A stretch of 64,000 nucleotides of DNA from Ranitomeya imitator (taxonomy: Eukaryota), in contig NC_091286.1 in the NCBI RefSeq assembly GCF_032444005.1, forward strand, positions 331,204,001 through 331,268,000. The letters are read 5' to 3'. Below the pieces are notes generated by a model, which saw nothing but the letters and a program-made list of their open reading frames with translations, had not been told where the DNA came from and did not search any database. A program made the translations under genes and the position numbers. Shown piece after piece: positions 1 through 12,700 of this stretch; positions within the stretch are counted from its first letter, which is position 1; every line of letters starts with the position of its first letter.

Positions 1-280
1 ATATTTTTGATCTGCGGGTTTTACTGCGGTTTGGACCTCACAATGGAGGTCTATGGGTGCAGAACCGCTGCGGCTCCGGAAAAAGAATTGACATGCTCCT
101 TCTTTTTTCCGGGAGCTATTCAGCGCGTCTTTTTTTTTACAATTTCCGGACCATGTGCACAGTGTGTCCTGTTTTCCATAGGGTACAGTGTACTGTACCC
201 TGCATGGAAAACAGCCGCGGAACCGCAGCGGCAAAACCGCCGCGGTTCCGCGGTAAAAAACGCACTGTGTGAACATGGCC
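1..280. mobile_element. PIF/Harbinger-type MITE, right part (left end is outside the window)
   Basis: Ends GTGTGAACATGGCC followed by TAA, the same GGC-type TIR and TWA target as other MITEs in the window. Confidence 0.6.
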
Positions 281-1632
281 TAAGACGCACCTTGGTTTTA
301 GAGAAGGAAATTAGGAGGAAAAAAACTGAAGCAAAAAATGTGGTCAATTCTGTATTTAATATTTCCTATCCTTGTAAATATGGTCCCCTCATCCCCATCC
401 TGATACACATGGCCCTCATCCCTATCCTGGTATGCATGGCTCCCTCATCCCTACCTTGGTATGCATGACCCCATTATCCATATCCTGATATGTATGGCCC
501 TCATCCCCATCCTGGTATGCATGCCTCCTCTTCCCTAGCCTGTTATACATGGCTCCCTCATCCCTGTTCTGGTAGGAATCGTCCCCCCTCATCCTTATTC
601 TGGCAGGAATGATCGCCCTCATCCCTATACTGGTATGCAGGGTCCCTATCTTGTCCAAGTATGCATGGACCCATCCTTAACCTGATATGATTGGCCCCAT
701 CCCAGTTCCTGGTATTCGTGGTCCCATCCTTATCCTGGTATGATTGGTCCCATCCCAGTCCTGGTATGCAAGGTCCCATCCTTATCCTGCAAGCACTGCG
801 GAATATGTTGGCGCTATATAAATAAAAATTATTATCTTTATCCTGGCATGCATGATCCCATGTTTATCCTGGCATGCATGGTTCCATCCTTATCCTGGTA
901 TGCATGGTCCCATCTTTATCCTGTATAATTGGCCCCATCCCATTCCTGGTATGATTGTCCCCCATCCCGTTGCTGGTATGATTAGTCCCATCCTTATCCT
1001 GGTATGATTGGCCCCATCCCGGTCCTGGTATGCATGGTCCCATCAGAAAAGATTATAAAAAGCAAACCATTACACTTGCCTTCCTCCGCTCCCTCGCAGC
1101 GTCCTGCTCTGTTTCAAGCAGCTGATTAATACTCACTGCTCTCTGTGATGCAGTCCTGGTAAGTATTCTGGCAGCTGTGCTCTGTTTGTGAGCAGCGCAT
1201 GATGTCCCTGCCATGTGCTGCTTACAAGCATAAGGCAGTTGCTGGCACCGGAGCAGGAAGCTGCGAGGGAACGCCGGGTGTTGGGTCCATGCCTACCATG
1301 ATCGGGATAGAGCCAATCATACCAGAATAAGGATGGGACCAATCATACCAGGAACGGGATGGGACCAATCATACTAGGATGCCAGAAATAAATGAATATT
1401 CATTGCCCTCCACGCCAATGGGTGTGGAATGCAGTGAACATTCATTTCTCTTTAGCAGCGGGCACAGAAGATAGCCGCAGCCGCCGGCTCCTGCCTCTGT
1501 GACCCGCTGCTCCGCCGAAACCGCTTCCCCACCTCAGCCAGAGCTGGTACATCCGGAATATAATACGCACCCCCCATTTTTCTCCACATTTTGGGAGGAA
1601 AAAAGTGTGTCTTATAGTCCCAAAAATACGGT
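281..1632. mobile_element. TcMar-Tc2-like non-autonomous element with internal ~26-bp minisatellite
   Basis: Left remnant TAAGACGCAC; right end GTGTGTCTTATAGTCCCAAAAATACGG; GGTATGCATGGTCCCATCCTTATCCT-type units at ~385-1045 and inverted units at ~1300-1380. Confidence 0.7.
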
Positions 1633-1689
1633 GTTTCTAATAAAGGAATTCTTGCTGTGTCTTTATTTACCATGTAACTATAGGATTAG

Positions 1690-2311
1690 TAATGGATAGG
1701 TGACTTGCAGACGCCTCTCCATTAGTAATCCATGGGCTTGATGTCATTTGACAATACAAAGGTGACATCAACCCCACAAATAGGAACCCGTGGGAACCCA
1801 TCTTTTCTTGATAACCAACCTTGGTGAAGCTGACCGCTGAAGGTTGCAGCCCACAGCTTTGAGTTTTGCCTGGCTGGTTATCAAAAATACAGGGGAACCT
1901 ACTCAGGTTTTTTTATTTTTTTATTATTTATTTACAGCGCAGAAGTGGCTAATGAATACTCCCATCCGCCACTCCTGCTCTCACTTGTTATTAGCGGCAG
2001 CTGATTGGAGCTATAGTCCCATCAGCTGACACCAGTGACCGGAGGTAAACTTTAAACCTCCGATCATAATTGAGCTCTCACGCTGTTTTCTGACAGCGTG
2101 GGAATCACGGCACTCTGGCAGGGATGATTTCACCACCGATCAGAAGCACTATGCCGGTTTTTCCCACAGTGTCACACAGCGTGGGAAACACGGCTTTTGT
2201 GTGGTGTATGTTCGGCTTTATTCGGCGATTTAATTAACGATTAATTCAACGAATATTGCAAATTCGGCAATGGTGACCTGAACTGAACATTGAAGTATTC
2301 GCTCATCTCTA
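1690..2311. mobile_element. hAT-type MITE, right part
   Basis: Ends TTCGCTCATCTCTA, the reverse complement of a TAGAGATGAGCGAA TIR like those of the TSD-flanked copies at 37379 and 62161; left end not resolved. Confidence 0.5.
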
Positions 2312-2651
2312 CTAAAGACTAGACACGCTGCTTTCAACAGCGAGCATCCATTTGCGTGCTGGAACCCGAAGTCCACGTTTTGTGTATTACCTTTGGCAAT
2401 CTGAGCTTTGGTGCATGATAAAGCTAATTCCGCTATGGTGGCAGATATTTTAATGCGTGGGGATTTTGAAGAGTCCGTTAAGATACAGCTACCTCAATAT
2501 GCATCCTGGTGTGTTATTTTTGTTTCTCTACATCTGCCAAAAAAACACCAGTAAAACATGTGGACAAAAACATCGTAAATAAAGTGAACATGTGTGTGAA
2601 GGAGGCCTCACAATAATATAAGCATAGTATGCTTTGGCTGAATTCTAATTA

Positions 2652-3391
2652 CCGTATATACACAAGTACAAGCAGAGTTTTTCAGCACTTTTTTTGTGCT
2701 GAAAATGCCCCCACCTTGGCTTATACTCAAGTGAGGGTCCCAGAGGATGGAGGAGGAGTGACAGAGATGGAGCAGCGGGTCACGAAAGGCAGAAGCTGGC
2801 TTCCGGGGCTAAAGCCTGTGCCTTCTGCCAAAGAGAAATGAATCAGTGAATTTAATTTCTTTGTAATGGCGTGCACAGTAGTCGCAGCCACCGGCTTCCT
2901 TCAGCAGCCGGGCGATCACATGGGCCTTATAATTAAGGAAATTAGTATTAAGTTTTCTCCATTCCCATGGGCGTGGAGGGCAGTGAATATTCATTCCCTT
3001 AAGTAGCCTGATCGCCCAGCTGCCACAGGAAGCCTGCGGCTGACACTGTGCGCACTACTAAAAAGCAATGAATACTCACTGCCCTCCACACACATAGTCC
3101 CAGCGTGAAGAGCAGTGAGTATTCCGGCAGCTGTCATCTGCTTGTAAGTGGCGCGTGACGTCACTGCCATGTGCTGTTTACAAGCATAATCAGCTGCTGG
3201 CAGCAGAACAAGACGCTGGGGCGGTAAGTAGGGATGAGGAGTCATGCAGACCAGGATAGGGATGAGGAGTCATGCATACCAGGATAGGGATGAGGGGACA
3301 ATACATGCCCGGCTTATACTTAAGTCAATAAGTTTTCCCAGTTTTTTTGTGGTAAAATTAGGTGCCTCAGCTTATACTAGAGTATATACGA
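2652..3391. mobile_element. TcMar-Tc2-like MITE
   Basis: TA|CCGTATATACACAAGTACAAGC ... GCTTATACTAGAGTATATACGA|TA. Confidence 0.75.
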
Positions 3392-3546
3392 TAGTTTTTT
3401 GTTTTTTTTATAAGGTTTCTGTTTTCTGTGTTGGCCTCAGTTGGTCATTGTAAATTTTATGTACCGTATATATTATTTTTAATTAAAATGATCTGTTTTA
3501 ATGTAATTTTTTTTTTTTACTTAGCTTTGAATTATTTTCTTTACAG

Positions 3547-3737
3547 GTTCTTCAGCAACTTTACCCTAATTTGGACCTAGCACTAGACCGATTGCTTGAC
3601 ATTTACATCCAACTTACAGGAGATAAGCACCATACTGTGCCAATTGACAGCACTGAAGCAGAAAATATGCCTGCCACTGAAGGCCTAAAAATATTCGACA
3701 AAAGACCCAGTCTTGAAGGCAGAGGATTATCATTACG
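3547..3737 (+). CDS. MDN1: MDN1 exon (window exon 1)
   Basis: cag|GTT..CG|gta; VLQQLYPNLDLALDRLLDIYIQLTG..EGRGLSLR. Confidence 0.93.
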
Positions 3738-6700
3738 GTAGTTTCTTTTTATTTGTACTCGCTTGTCTTTCCTCAATGTGATATGATGAGACCTTTACTG
3801 ATCTCCCAATGTGCCATTTTACTGACTTGAGAAATATGAAAATAGTGCCTCCCCACCTATGGGCAAAAGTACAGTAGGAGTTTGCTGTCTAGTATAGCAG
3901 ACACCCTGCTGCATCAGTCACAATTTGCACCCTTAAATTAGGTGGGCTCTTGTCGCTACAGAAATGCCAAACGTTGACGCTAAATGTGGTTTAGGCCTCT
4001 TTGACACTTCCGTCTTTCAGCTCCCGTCACAATCCGTCGATTTTTGAGAATGCAGGATCCTGCATTTTCTCAGACTTGTATTAGCGACGGATTGTAACGG
4101 ATGGCCATCCGTTTGAGCCGTCGTGCACTGGATCCTGCGTAAAAAAACGGACTGTCGGGCAGAAGAAACGTTCAGAGGAACGTTTTTTCTGCACGTTGGA
4201 AAATCGGTCAGCGACGCATCCTGCGTTGCCCGTGATTGGCTACAAAGGAAGCCTATGGACGCAGGATGTGTCGCTGCCTGTGAAAAGCAGGAATCCAGCG
4301 ACGGGTCCCGTCTTTTCAAACTGAGCATGAAATTCTCTCTCGCTCGCTCTTTTTCTTTTTACTATTGATGCTGCCTTTGCAGCATCAATAGTAACAAGAT
4401 ATAATGTTAAAAATAATAATAATTAAAAAAATCGCAGTATTCTCACCTACCGACGTCCCGCGCAGCGATGCTCCCAGCGTTCCTAGTAATACATTGCGAA
4501 ATCTTGCGAGACCGCGACTTCTCGCAAGATTTCGTAATGTATTACTAGGAATGCTAGCTGCCGGGAGCATCGCTGCACGGGACGTCGGTAGGTAAGAATA
4601 CTGCGATTTTTTTATTTTTTTTTAAACCTGGTTTGTCTAGTGTATGCGTTTTCGCAGCGGAAAACTGCTGCGAAGACGCATACACAACAGGTGCACATAG
4701 CCTCGACGGGTTTGTCAGAAAGACGGGCCCAGTGCACACGTTTTCCACAATCTTCACAGGATCCGTCATTTCAACGTCTTGACGGATCCTGTGCAGATTT
4801 GGAAGACGGAAGTGTGAAAGAAGCCTTAGGCACACTGGGGCTCAGAAGGGAGGTGGGCATTTGGAATTTGGAGCACAGAATTTGCTATTCTAGAGCCTTT
4901 GTATGATCAGTGACAGGTAAGCCCCCTATATTTCTGTTAACAGATGATAATTAAGTAAATAAGGCAGCACACTGCAGCGCCAAAACATGCAAACTTGAAA
5001 ACAAGAAATTTGAACTGCATTACTGCACTAGAAATATGAAAAATGAGAGCTTTTAGCGCATAAAAATGGCCAATTTTATGTGTACCTGGTAGCCTCTTTA
5101 CGGCATCTCTCTTATACCAGAAATTTAGTCCCCGGCTTCGGCGTCTGCTAGGCCGCAACCTGTAACCTCCGCCGACTCATTCGCATCACATTGGCGACTT
5201 CACCCACCCTCTTGGCGCATCTCGTTCAGAGCGACACTGCTTTTCCTGCTCCCGGCGGCCATCTTTTCCTTACCGGCCACCTCTCAGCACGTTGCCACGG
5301 GAACAGTATCGCAGAATCGACATCCCAGCGGCTATCGCCGGATGGATCAATAACATCGGGAGGATCTCACAGGGCACAGGACCTGGGTAAGAGCTGCACT
5401 GCATCACCCATTGGTCCCTTTTTCTGCAGTATTTCTCTGGTGATTAGCCACCAAAACTCTTTTGTGGGGCATTGAGTCAGGACAGGCTGGGGTACATCGT
5501 CATTCTCCAAGACCTCTAAGGGGGCCACCAAAACAGTGTTCTTTACCTCATGTACCACCTGCCAGACTTCGTTGCCACGGGGACAGAGTATACCACTCTG
5601 CAAGGCCTGTGATCCCGAATGCACTCAGGAGCCCCCCCCGCCGCTACCGAACCCAGTGTACCTAGTCCCCCCGAGTGGGCTTCGTCACTGTCGCAGTCCT
5701 TGGCTTCACTAGCTAAAGCGATTGAGTACCTCCGAAGACCCCTCATTGGGTCGGGGCATTCGTCTGCCTGTCTTAGAGAGTTCCTCCACCACACCGGAAC
5801 AGTCGGCCTGCAGGGGCCGTTCTCAGTCAAAAGATACACAGGCATCTAGAATATGGACCCATAGCACGTCTCCCGGGTCTTCACGCCTCGGCATCCATGA
5901 GCTCCGTTTCGTGCTCCCCTCACCAGGGGTTTGCATCGATCAGGACCCTTTGACCTCAATTCGCCGGATTATCAGGCAACTGTGGATAGTCTCATAGAGG
6001 CAGTCAACCAGACTTTGAAGGTTGACAAGGACTCTACCTCCACCCCAGATCACGCTGTGTCATTCAAAAGGACCAAATGTCCTCATAGGGTGTTTGCCAA
6101 TCACCCCGAGTTTCAGGACATAGTGTGACTTCATAGAGGCTGGACAAACGCTTCTCAGGTCAGAGGCCTCTTGAGGCGAGATACCCTTTCTCACCGGATC
6201 TGCGTAAGCAGTGGGCGGAATCCCCTCTGGTCGGTATCCCGTCTGGCTTCCAAAACCTTTCTATCCTTACCAGACGGATCCTCGATTAAAAATCCCATGG
6301 ACCGTCTCATAGAGAACCTTGCCCGTTTGATGTTTGAAGCCTCGGGCTCAGCACTCTCCCTCTCTTTCACAGCGACGTGGTTAGCCAAACCAATGGTTTC
6401 CTGGGCGGAAACTCTGATTAGAACCATACAGGGTAGTGAGCTTCCCCGTAGCCAGCGGATCTGGCCAATCAGATCACTTTGGCCAGAGACTATTTGGTAC
6501 ATGCTTCTCTGGACACGGTAACTGTTGAGCTTGCGGCTTCATATGCCGTTTCTATTAGGCAGGCACTGTGGCTCAGGGAATGGCGAGCGGACTCTGCATT
6601 CAAGAAATACCTAACCTCTTTGCCTTACCAGAGCAGTCATTTGTGCGGTGAGAAGCTGGATCAGCTTATCTCTGACGCCACAGGTGGAAAGAGTAAATTC

Positions 6701-9700
6701 CTCCCTCAGCAAAAGGTTAAGCGGCCCTTTCACCACCCGCAACAGTCTCGCTTCCAGTCCTTTCACAGCAATTCCGGTTGGTCCTGTACGGCCAACTCAT
6801 CTGGATCGGTGCGCTCCCTTCATGGGGAAAAGAGGTCCCCAGATTTCGTATAAGACCATCCAGTCATGGAAGATCCGACCTAAGCAGTCCAGATCTAAGG
6901 GATCCAGGTCCCATAGATTCTCGCCTAAATGAGTAGTGACATTATCCGGTTGACGCCGGCAGAGTAGGCAGCGTCTACTCCGGTTTCGTCATGTCTGGCT
7001 CTGTCGTTCACGACGATTGGGTCAGGGACCTGGTGTCCTCCAGATACAAAATAGAATCCCCCCCCCCCTCTTGTCCTCCCTTCGGCCTCACCACCGCCCC
7101 CAGGGTGTCCACAAAGGTCATGGCGGCCTTCATGTCCATTTTGCACTCTCGAGACATGGTCGTGTTGCCTTACCTAGACAACCTTCTAATCAAGGGAACA
7201 TCCTTCCTGGCCTGTGCGGGGTGTGTGCGTATCACTATTGATACTCTTTCTTGCCTGGGCTGGATGATAAACTTAAGCAAGTCTTCCAGCTCAACAGTTA
7301 TCCTTTTTAGGCATGACCCTGGACACTTCCCGTGGGTTAGTGATTCTCCCTTGAGCCAGGATCTTAGACCTTCAACAGGGAGTCTGGGCACTTTGTTGGA
7401 CTTATCCTCAATCCATCCGCTTCGGCATGGGGGTCCTGGGCAAGATGGTGGCAACAATAGAAGCGGTTCCCTTTGCCCAGCTACACTTCCGCAGCCTTTA
7501 ACAGGAACTCGTTCTCCCTCAGAGCAAAGTACTGCAGTGCGCAGGCATCGGGCCTCTCTGACCTTTCCGGCGCCAGCGCACTGCAGTACTTTGTTCTGCC
7601 CTCAACAGGGCAGACAAAGTACGCCTGCGCCGGAGCCGTGGCTGAAGATCAGAAGAGGACGTCTTGGAATGAAGATGGGAGGCGCCGCAGCGGACCAGAG
7701 ACACCCATCCGACCGGACCAGCAGCGGGACCGCCCCTGGGTGAGTATAATCTAACGTCTTTTTCTCCTCTTTCAGGTAACATCGGGGGCTTATCTACAGC
7801 ATTACAGAATGCTGTAGATAATCCCCTGATGCCTGTGGGCTTACCTCACCCGCGATTTTCGGGGTGACAGGTTCCCTTTAACTTGGTCCTGGGTATTCTA
7901 CAGGAGTCTCCTTTCAAACCACTACGTGACGTTTCGCTAACACACCTTTCATGGAAGGTTGCCTTCCTTGTGGCAGTGATGTCAATCAGACGGGTTTCAG
8001 AGCTGGCCGCTCTGTCATGTCGAGCTCCCTTTCTAACTTTCCACCAGGACAAGATGGTTCTCAGGCCGTCCCCATCCTTTTTACCCAAGGTAGTCTGCTC
8101 TTTTCACCTTAATGAGGACCTTGTCCTGCCCTCGTTTTGCCCTGCATCGGTACATCGGGTGGAGAGGGCTCTTCACGCTCTGGATTTGTTAAGGGCTCTA
8201 AGGCGGTACGTCTCATGGACAGCGTTCTCTAAGCACTGCAGCGTTCACACTCAGGTTTCAACAGATGCGGGCCTGAACAGACGAATCTTGCAGGCGGTAG
8301 TGCATCTATAGATAGTTGGTACATGTGGTTTGGTCTGTTGTGTCGGTTCCCCACCCAGGGACTGCTTTTGGACGTCCTATGGCCCTGTGTTCCCCAATGA
8401 GGCGAATGAGAAACATGGATGTTTGTGTACTCTCCATAAAATCCTTTTCTCCGAGCCACTCATTAGGGGACACAGCACCCACCCTATTGGCCTGAAGGCT
8501 GTGTTTGTTCCTTGGTTTGACATGTTGAACCAGTATTTGATGGTTCTGATCTCCTACTGCTTTGTCACTGAACTTATTCGAGCTGGAGCCAGTGATGGGT
8601 GTATACTGCAGAGGAGGAGGAGTTAATTTTTGTGTTCACTTAGTGTCATCCTCCTAGTGGCAGCGGCATACACCCATGGTCCTGTGTCGCCCAATAAGTA
8701 GCTCGGAGAAAAGGATTTTACGGTGAGTACACAAAAATCCATGTTTTTCACTTTGATCACTTATAAAGCATAGCTGCAGTGGCATACAAGCTTGTTGGAG
8801 CATGGTGTAACAAGCTTGCTAGCTCTGGTGACCCGGCTGTCATCATGATGACATTGTTGCCATAGTGACCCAGTCGGGCCCCTCGCGATGACTCTGTGGA
8901 GGTGCCGATTGGAGGGCAGATTGAACCCCCTCAATACCAATCGCAACATTTAGCGGGTTAAACTGCCAGGAGCCGTGTGGGCACAGCTGCTAGCAGTAAG
9001 TGTCAGCTCCTGTGCATGGGTGATCGCCATGACCTCATCAGTCGGGAAGCACTTACCAACCATGATGTGTAAATATGCTTCAAATGTTGAGAAGGGGTTA
9101 AACAAAATGGTGGCTTCATAGTTGAAATTGTTTCTTTGCAGCACCATGGTTCGACATAGGATATCATCTGCATTCCCATGTTTTCTTTCACAATCCCCAA
9201 AACTTCCTGATGTGTACATCGGCTTTTTATCAAATTAGCTGTGCTGTGTGTCTGACCTCGGGAAGTAGAATGGGAGATAGACTAGTGTAAATTGAGACAG
9301 CCTCTCTTTAATTTTTTTTTTTAAAAATTCCAAATACAAATTTTCTATCTTTCATAGAACATATAAATGACATAATTCCGTAGTATTGTAGATTGTGAGC
9401 CCTCGCGGGCAGGGTCCTCTCTCCTCCTTTACCACTTGTGACTTGTATTGTTCAAGATTATTGTACCTGTTTTTTTATTATGTATACCCCTCCTCACATC
9501 ACATGTAAAGCGCCATGGAATAAATGGCGCTATAATAATAAATAATAATAATAAATAGTATAATATATATACACAAAATAACCTCCACTTCTATTTCCTA
9601 ACCCACCCCAATCCCAGATTCCAACATTCCAGAGAGGACCATTTTAATTTTCAGAGCAGTTCTAGAATAACTGAGTATAAAATTAGTTGAAGATGGGAGA

Positions 9701-12700
9701 AGAAAGGAAAAAAGAGGACTAACAATAAAGGGATATGTCTTAAATATTCTATCTCTAATTCAGATTTGTGGGCAGCCCTGGAGTATCCAACCAAGGACCC
9801 CAATATCTTTTCAAATAATCTGGTTGATTTATCCTTCCTTGTAGTTGTCCCATAGACGCAGATTGTGTCTAACCAATGAAATGCAAGAAGTATACAGGGG
9901 CTAGACGGGATCCACTCTTCAATCCTCAAATGATCACAATATAGGCACAGCCTCTCTACAGCACTATGATATATCTGGATGCTAAATGGCTAACAGTAAA
10001 ATATATTATTAAACCATGTTTTTTTTGTTTTTATTTCATAGAGACCTACTGAAGTGGAGCAACAGAATTGCATACAGTTTTGATGGTTCTTCATCAAGCA
10101 CGGCTGTAAATATTTTCCATGAGGTAAAATGTTTAGGAATATTTATAAATTTTTGATTGTAGAAGTAAAATAGGCATGATCACATTTTCGATATTTCCGT
10201 ACTAGGCCCTCGACTGCTTTACTGCAATGCTGTCAGCACCTGCGGCTAGACTGAAGATGGCAGAAGTAATTGGCAGCAAACTGAACATTTCCAAGCAAAA
10301 GGTGAGCTGCAGTGAAAATTAAAACATTACTTGATATTTTTCATTCCTTTTTGTTTTTTTTTCTATGTCAAGTTCTTTGTAGAAAAAAATCCTGGAAACT
10401 CTGGCTTCTGATCATTGCAGTAGGCAAACGCTTCAGCTATGTTCTCTGTCGCCACGGTCCTCTAAATCAACAGAGTCAGGATTTTGATGAAAAATAGCAC
10501 GTGTTAGACTCTGTTCTCATCAAGCTAAGACCTTTCCATCAGAAAGACACTGTTCAGAGAGGGGACGAGATGTGGGAGGCGTGTGAGCACGCTTTGTGAT
10601 ATGACCATAAAGTATAGTCAACCTGGATACCTGGAATGCTCCCAATGATCAGCTGTTTGGCGCCGCAGCTGCATGTGTTGCGGCTGTGTGACAGTCACAA
10701 CACATGTATGGAGAGCCTGTGTGCTGTGACAGTCACACAGCCGCGACACATGCAGCTGCGACGCCAAACAACTGATCAGCCAGAGCGATCCAGGTATCCG
10801 GGTTCCCGATGCAGCTTCTTCGGTAAGCACTAGAGCTTGCCGAATAAGGAGGGAGCCGACGATGTTCGCTCATCTCTAGTCTTGGCTAACTTTGGCTTAA
10901 TGGCAAGACTATGGTTATATTCTGGGAGTTTTTGCTCAGTGTAAGGTCAAATTGTGCAGAGAGCCTTCTGACAGCTGAAGACAGATAAGAGGATCTCACA
11001 ATTGACTATATGTCTTAGTCATGTCACAAAGCGTGCTCACAACCCTCTCCCTCCCACATCTTGTCCCCTCTCTGCACAGTGTCTTCTGCACATGTTACTA
11101 AGCATGCTCACAGCACTCTCCCCCAAGTTAGTTTTAAAGGGAGTCTGTCACCTCTTTTTTTGGATTTGAGATAAAAATATGGTTCAATTGTGCATTAGCT
11201 CTGCATTACAGTAGTACCTTTCATATCCCCCACCTTTGCTGAGAAAATAGCTTTGTAATCTCTCCGTTTTCCTATTTAAATTACCCCGGTCCGATGGGTG
11301 GGGCCTATTCACCATCTCTCCCCTCGGCGTTCTCGACGTATCGAGACCTGTGAATAGCACAGATTTCGTACAGTTTCTGCGCATGTGCATTGAATTGGCC
11401 TCTAGCGCCTGTGCAGTATGTTTTGCCCAACTGTGGTCAAAGCATAAAATCACTATTGCGCATGCGCCCGCATTTTTCATTACGTTCTATGCCCCCTTGC
11501 ATGGCAAGACTTCCAGCTCAAAGAGCGTAATGTAAAATGGCGTATGCGCAATAGTGAGTTGAATGCTTTGCCCACTGTTGGGCAAAACATACTGCGCACG
11601 CATGAGAGGCCACTTCAGTGCGCAGGCGCAGGAAAACAACGCCAAAGCAGGAAAGAAGAAAAATTATTGCATAGAGCAAGGCAGGAGGTGGGGAGAAACT
11701 GCGAATAGGCCCTGCCCATCGGACCGGGCTGGGGTAATTTACATTGGAAAACGGAGAGATTACAAAGGTATTTTCTCAGCAAAGGTGGGGAATCGGGGGA
11801 TATGAAGGGTACTGCTGTAATGCAGAGTTCATGCACAATTGAACCATATATTCATCTCAAATCGAAAAAAAGGGGTGACAGGTTCCCTTTAACCGCTTTC
11901 TGACCTAGGACGGGATAGTACGTCCGAGGTCAGATTCCCTGCTTTGATGCGGGCTCCGGCGGTGAGCCCGCATCAAAGCCGGGACATGTCAGCTGTTTTG
12001 AACAGCTGACATGTGCCCGTAATAGGCGCGAGCAGAATCGCGATCTGCCCACGCCTATTAACTAGTTAAATGCCGCTGTCAAACGCAGACAGCGGCATTT
12101 AACTACCGCTTCCGGCCGGGCGGCCGGAAATGACGTCATCGCCGACCCCCGTCACATGATCGGGGATCGGCGATGCTTCAGAATTGTAACCATAGAGGTC
12201 CTTGAGACCTCTATGGCTACTGATCGCCGGCAGCTGTGAGCGCCACCCTGTGGTCGGCGCTCACAGCACACCTGATTTTCAGCTACATGGCAACGAACAG
12301 CAGATCGCTGCTATGTAGCAGAGGCGATCGTGCTGTGCCTGCTTCTAGCCTCCCATGGAGGCTATTGAAGCATGGCAAAAGTTAAAAAAAAAAAAAAAAT
12401 TTAAATCACCCCCCTTTCGCCCCAATCAAAATAAATCAATAAAAAAAATATCAAATCTACGCATATTTGGTATCGCCGCGCTAAGAATCGCCCGATCTAT
12501 CAACTAAAAAAAAGCATTAACCTGATCGCTAAACAGGGTAGCGAAAAAAAAATTCAAAACGCCAGAATTACGTTTTTTTGGTCGCCGTGACATTGCATTA
12601 AAATGCAATAACGGGTGATCAAAAGAACGTATCTGCACCAAAATGCTATCATTAAAAACGTCATTTCGGCACGCAAAAAAAAAGCCCTCAACCGACCCCA

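Noticed and set aside
7-468. 153-aa ORF at the window start
   Set aside because: Spans a Harbinger/Tc2 junction and a minisatellite; no recognisable domain.
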